Below, one piece after another: positions 57,091 through 58,920 of a stretch of 58,920 bases of DNA. The notes under the pieces are model-generated. The model was not told where the DNA came from. It saw only the letters and a program-made list of their open reading frames with translations, and ran no database searches. The stretch is taken from positions 1 to 58,920 of the forward strand of contig JARRJI010000009.1 of assembly GCA_037379595.1 (NCBI GenBank), written 5' to 3'. The translations under genes were made by a program, and so were the position numbers. The stretch is from Acidobacteriota bacterium. GTDB taxonomy: Bacteria; Acidobacteriota; Terriglobia; UBA7540. Each line of letters opens with the position of its first letter. Position 1 is the first letter of the stretch.

Positions 57091-58875
57091 TCAATACTTC
57101 AGGATCTTCAACCCCAGTTCAGTGAGTTGATCGGGGTCGACGGTTGCGGGGGCGTCGCACATCAGGTCGGTGGCGCTGGCGGTTTTGGGGAATGCGATGA
57201 CCTCCCGGATGCTCGATTCGCCGGCCAGCAACGCGACGATACGATCCACGCCCAGCGCGATGCCGCCGTGGGGCGGCGCGCCATATTCGAGCGCGTCCAT
57301 GAAGAAGCCGAACCGTTCCCGGGCCTTTTCATCGCTCAGGCCCAGCACCCTGAAAACCCGTTTCTGGATGTCGGGGCGGTGCATACGAATCGAGCCGCCG
57401 CCGATCTCCTGGCCGTTCAGAACCAGATCGTACGCAAGGGCCCTGATGCTGCCCGGGTCGGATTCCAGCCGGTCCAGGTCCTCCTCCCGCGGCGAGGTGA
57501 ACGGGTGGTGCATGGCCGCGAAGCGCTTCTCATTCTTGTCGTACTCGAACATGGGGAAGTCGACAATCCACGCGAGGCTCCAGAGACCGGGCTTGATCAG
57601 TTCAAACTTGTTGGCAAGTTCCAGGCGCAGCCAGCCGGATGCCTCATGGAGTCCCTGGATCTTTTCCTTGGCGTCGGACTCAGCGCCGAGCAGAATCACA
57701 AGGTCGCCCGGTTGCGCCTCCATGGCCGCAGCGATGGCCTGAAGCCCTTCCTCGCCGAGCGCGTTTTTCATCCGCGATTGGATGCCCGCTTCGGTGACGG
57801 TCAGATATGCCGTGTTACCGGCTCCCTGGGCGCGAAGGGTTTCCTGGTAGCGGTCAAACTGGCTCCGGGAGATTTTCGCGGCAGCGCCAGGAACACGCAG
57901 CGCCTTGGCCACCTGGAAGCCTTTCACCGCGTTCAGCTTGCCGTCGGGCAATTCCAGCCGTTTCCATTCCAACCCAAATCGCAGGTCGGGCTTGTCGGAG
58001 CCGTATTTCTCCATCGCCGTGTCGTAGCCCAGGCGCCTGAACGGCCGCTCGATTTTGACGTCCAACAGCGCCAGAAGTTTTTCCATCAGCCCTTCGATGA
58101 TGCCGAAGAGCACGTCGCGCTGCGGGAAGGCCATCTCCACGTCAATCTGCGTGAACTCAGGCTGGCGGTCGGCGCGCAGGTCTTCGTCGCGGAAGCAGCG
58201 GACGATCTGGAAATAGCGGTCGAAGCCGGCGATCATCAGCAACTGCTTGAAGAGTTGCGGCGACTGCGGCAGGGCGTAAAAGTGGCCCAGACGCACGCGG
58301 CTGGGAACCAGGTAATCACGCGCGCCCTCGGGCGTTGACCGTGTCATGAAAGGCGTCTCTACCTCGATGAATCTATGTGCGCCAAAATGCTCACGCACCA
58401 CCTGGTTGGCTTGGTGGCGAAGCCGGATGTTGCGCTGCATGCGGGTGCGGCGCAGGTCCAGATAGCGGTAGCGTAGGCGTGTTTCCTCCATGGTGCGGGT
58501 TTCATCTTCGATCGGGAAAGGAGGCGTCTTGGCCTCGTTCAGCAGCAGCAGCGTCTGCGCTTTCACCTCCACTTCGCCCGTCGCAATCTGCGGGTTCGTG
58601 GTTTCCTGCGACCGCAGCACCACTTCACCTTCCACGCCCACCACGTATTCGGTGCGAATTTGCTCGGCTTTCGCGTGGGCTTCGGGGCTCGATTCCGCGT
58701 TCACCACCACCTGAACGATGCCGGTGTGGTCGCGCAAATCGAGAAAGATCAGGTTGCCCAGGTCGCGCCGCCGAGCCACCCAGCCGGCCAGAAAAACCTT
58801 CTGGCCCGTGTGAGCCTTCCGAAGCTCACCGCAGTAATGCGTTCTTTGCCGGTCGCCAAGTAAATCGAGTTCCAA
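57091..58875 (-). CDS. aspS: aspartate--tRNA ligase
   Basis: 594 aa. N-terminal OB fold (LAGWVARRRDLGNLIFLDLRDHTGIVQVV) and class II motifs (FRDEDLRADRQPEFTQID; GGGSIR; GIALGVDR). Confidence 0.95.
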   Translation of the reverse strand: MELDLLGDRQRTHYCGELRKAHTGQKVFLAGWVARRRDLGNLIFLDLRDHTGIVQVVVNAESSPEAHAKAEQIRTEYVVGVEGEVVLRSQETTNPQIATGEVEVKAQTLLLLNEAKTPPFPIEDETRTMEETRLRYRYLDLRRTRMQRNIRLRHQANQVVREHFGAHRFIEVETPFMTRSTPEGARDYLVPSRVRLGHFYALPQSPQLFKQLLMIAGFDRYFQIVRCFRDEDLRADRQPEFTQIDVEMAFPQRDVLFGIIEGLMEKLLALLDVKIERPFRRLGYDTAMEKYGSDKPDLRFGLEWKRLELPDGKLNAVKGFQVAKALRVPGAAAKISRSQFDRYQETLRAQGAGNTAYLTVTEAGIQSRMKNALGEEGLQAIAAAMEAQPGDLVILLGAESDAKEKIQGLHEASGWLRLELANKFELIKPGLWSLAWIVDFPMFEYDKNEKRFAAMHHPFTSPREEDLDRLESDPGSIRALAYDLVLNGQEIGGGSIRMHRPDIQKRVFRVLGLSDEKARERFGFFMDALEYGAPPHGGIALGVDRIVALLAGESSIREVIAFPKTASATDLMCDAPATVDPDQLTELGLKILKY

Positions 58876-58920
58876 AGTGGATCCTTACCTTACCGTCATC
58901 TGCTCGAACGGAAATGACGG

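Noticed and set aside
57067-58338. 423-aa plus-strand ORF
   Set aside because: Antisense shadow of aspS.

Overview
Moderately GC-rich bacterial chromosome segment. Gene content suggests an Acidobacteria-like soil organism (inference): TonB-dependent receptors (TBDRs) with an N-terminal carboxypeptidase-regulatory-like domain, TPR plus CRTAC1/ASPIC-UnbV genes, and many secreted glycoside hydrolases. Order, left to right: partial TBDR (missing from the ORF track); possible remnant of an integrated element; DinB/AlkA repair pair; ECF sigma plus small zinc-type anti-sigma; a UvrA paralogue; a three-gene secreted-protein/DUF45 operon. Next comes a carbohydrate region: GH97, decayed TBDR tail, GH32, doubly truncated fructokinase, sugar-porter MFS, GH2 and GH3-PA14, interleaved with TPR and CRTAC1 genes. 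Then two divergent paralogous TBDRs and tRNA-Lys(CUU). Next is the most interesting item, a three-gene cluster: an atypical LuxR-type regulator, a SAM methyltransferase, and a single polypeptide joining an HgcA-like corrinoid domain, four TM helices and an HgcB-like ferredoxin domain. The window ends with housekeeping genes tig-clpP-clpX-lon, rho, cmk, mutL and aspS, with a REP-associated tyrosine transposase (RAYT) in REP-like palindromes between mutL and aspS. All calls come from reading the translations and DNA by eye; no database search was possible. Many long ORFs in the track are antisense shadows of real genes and are rejected.
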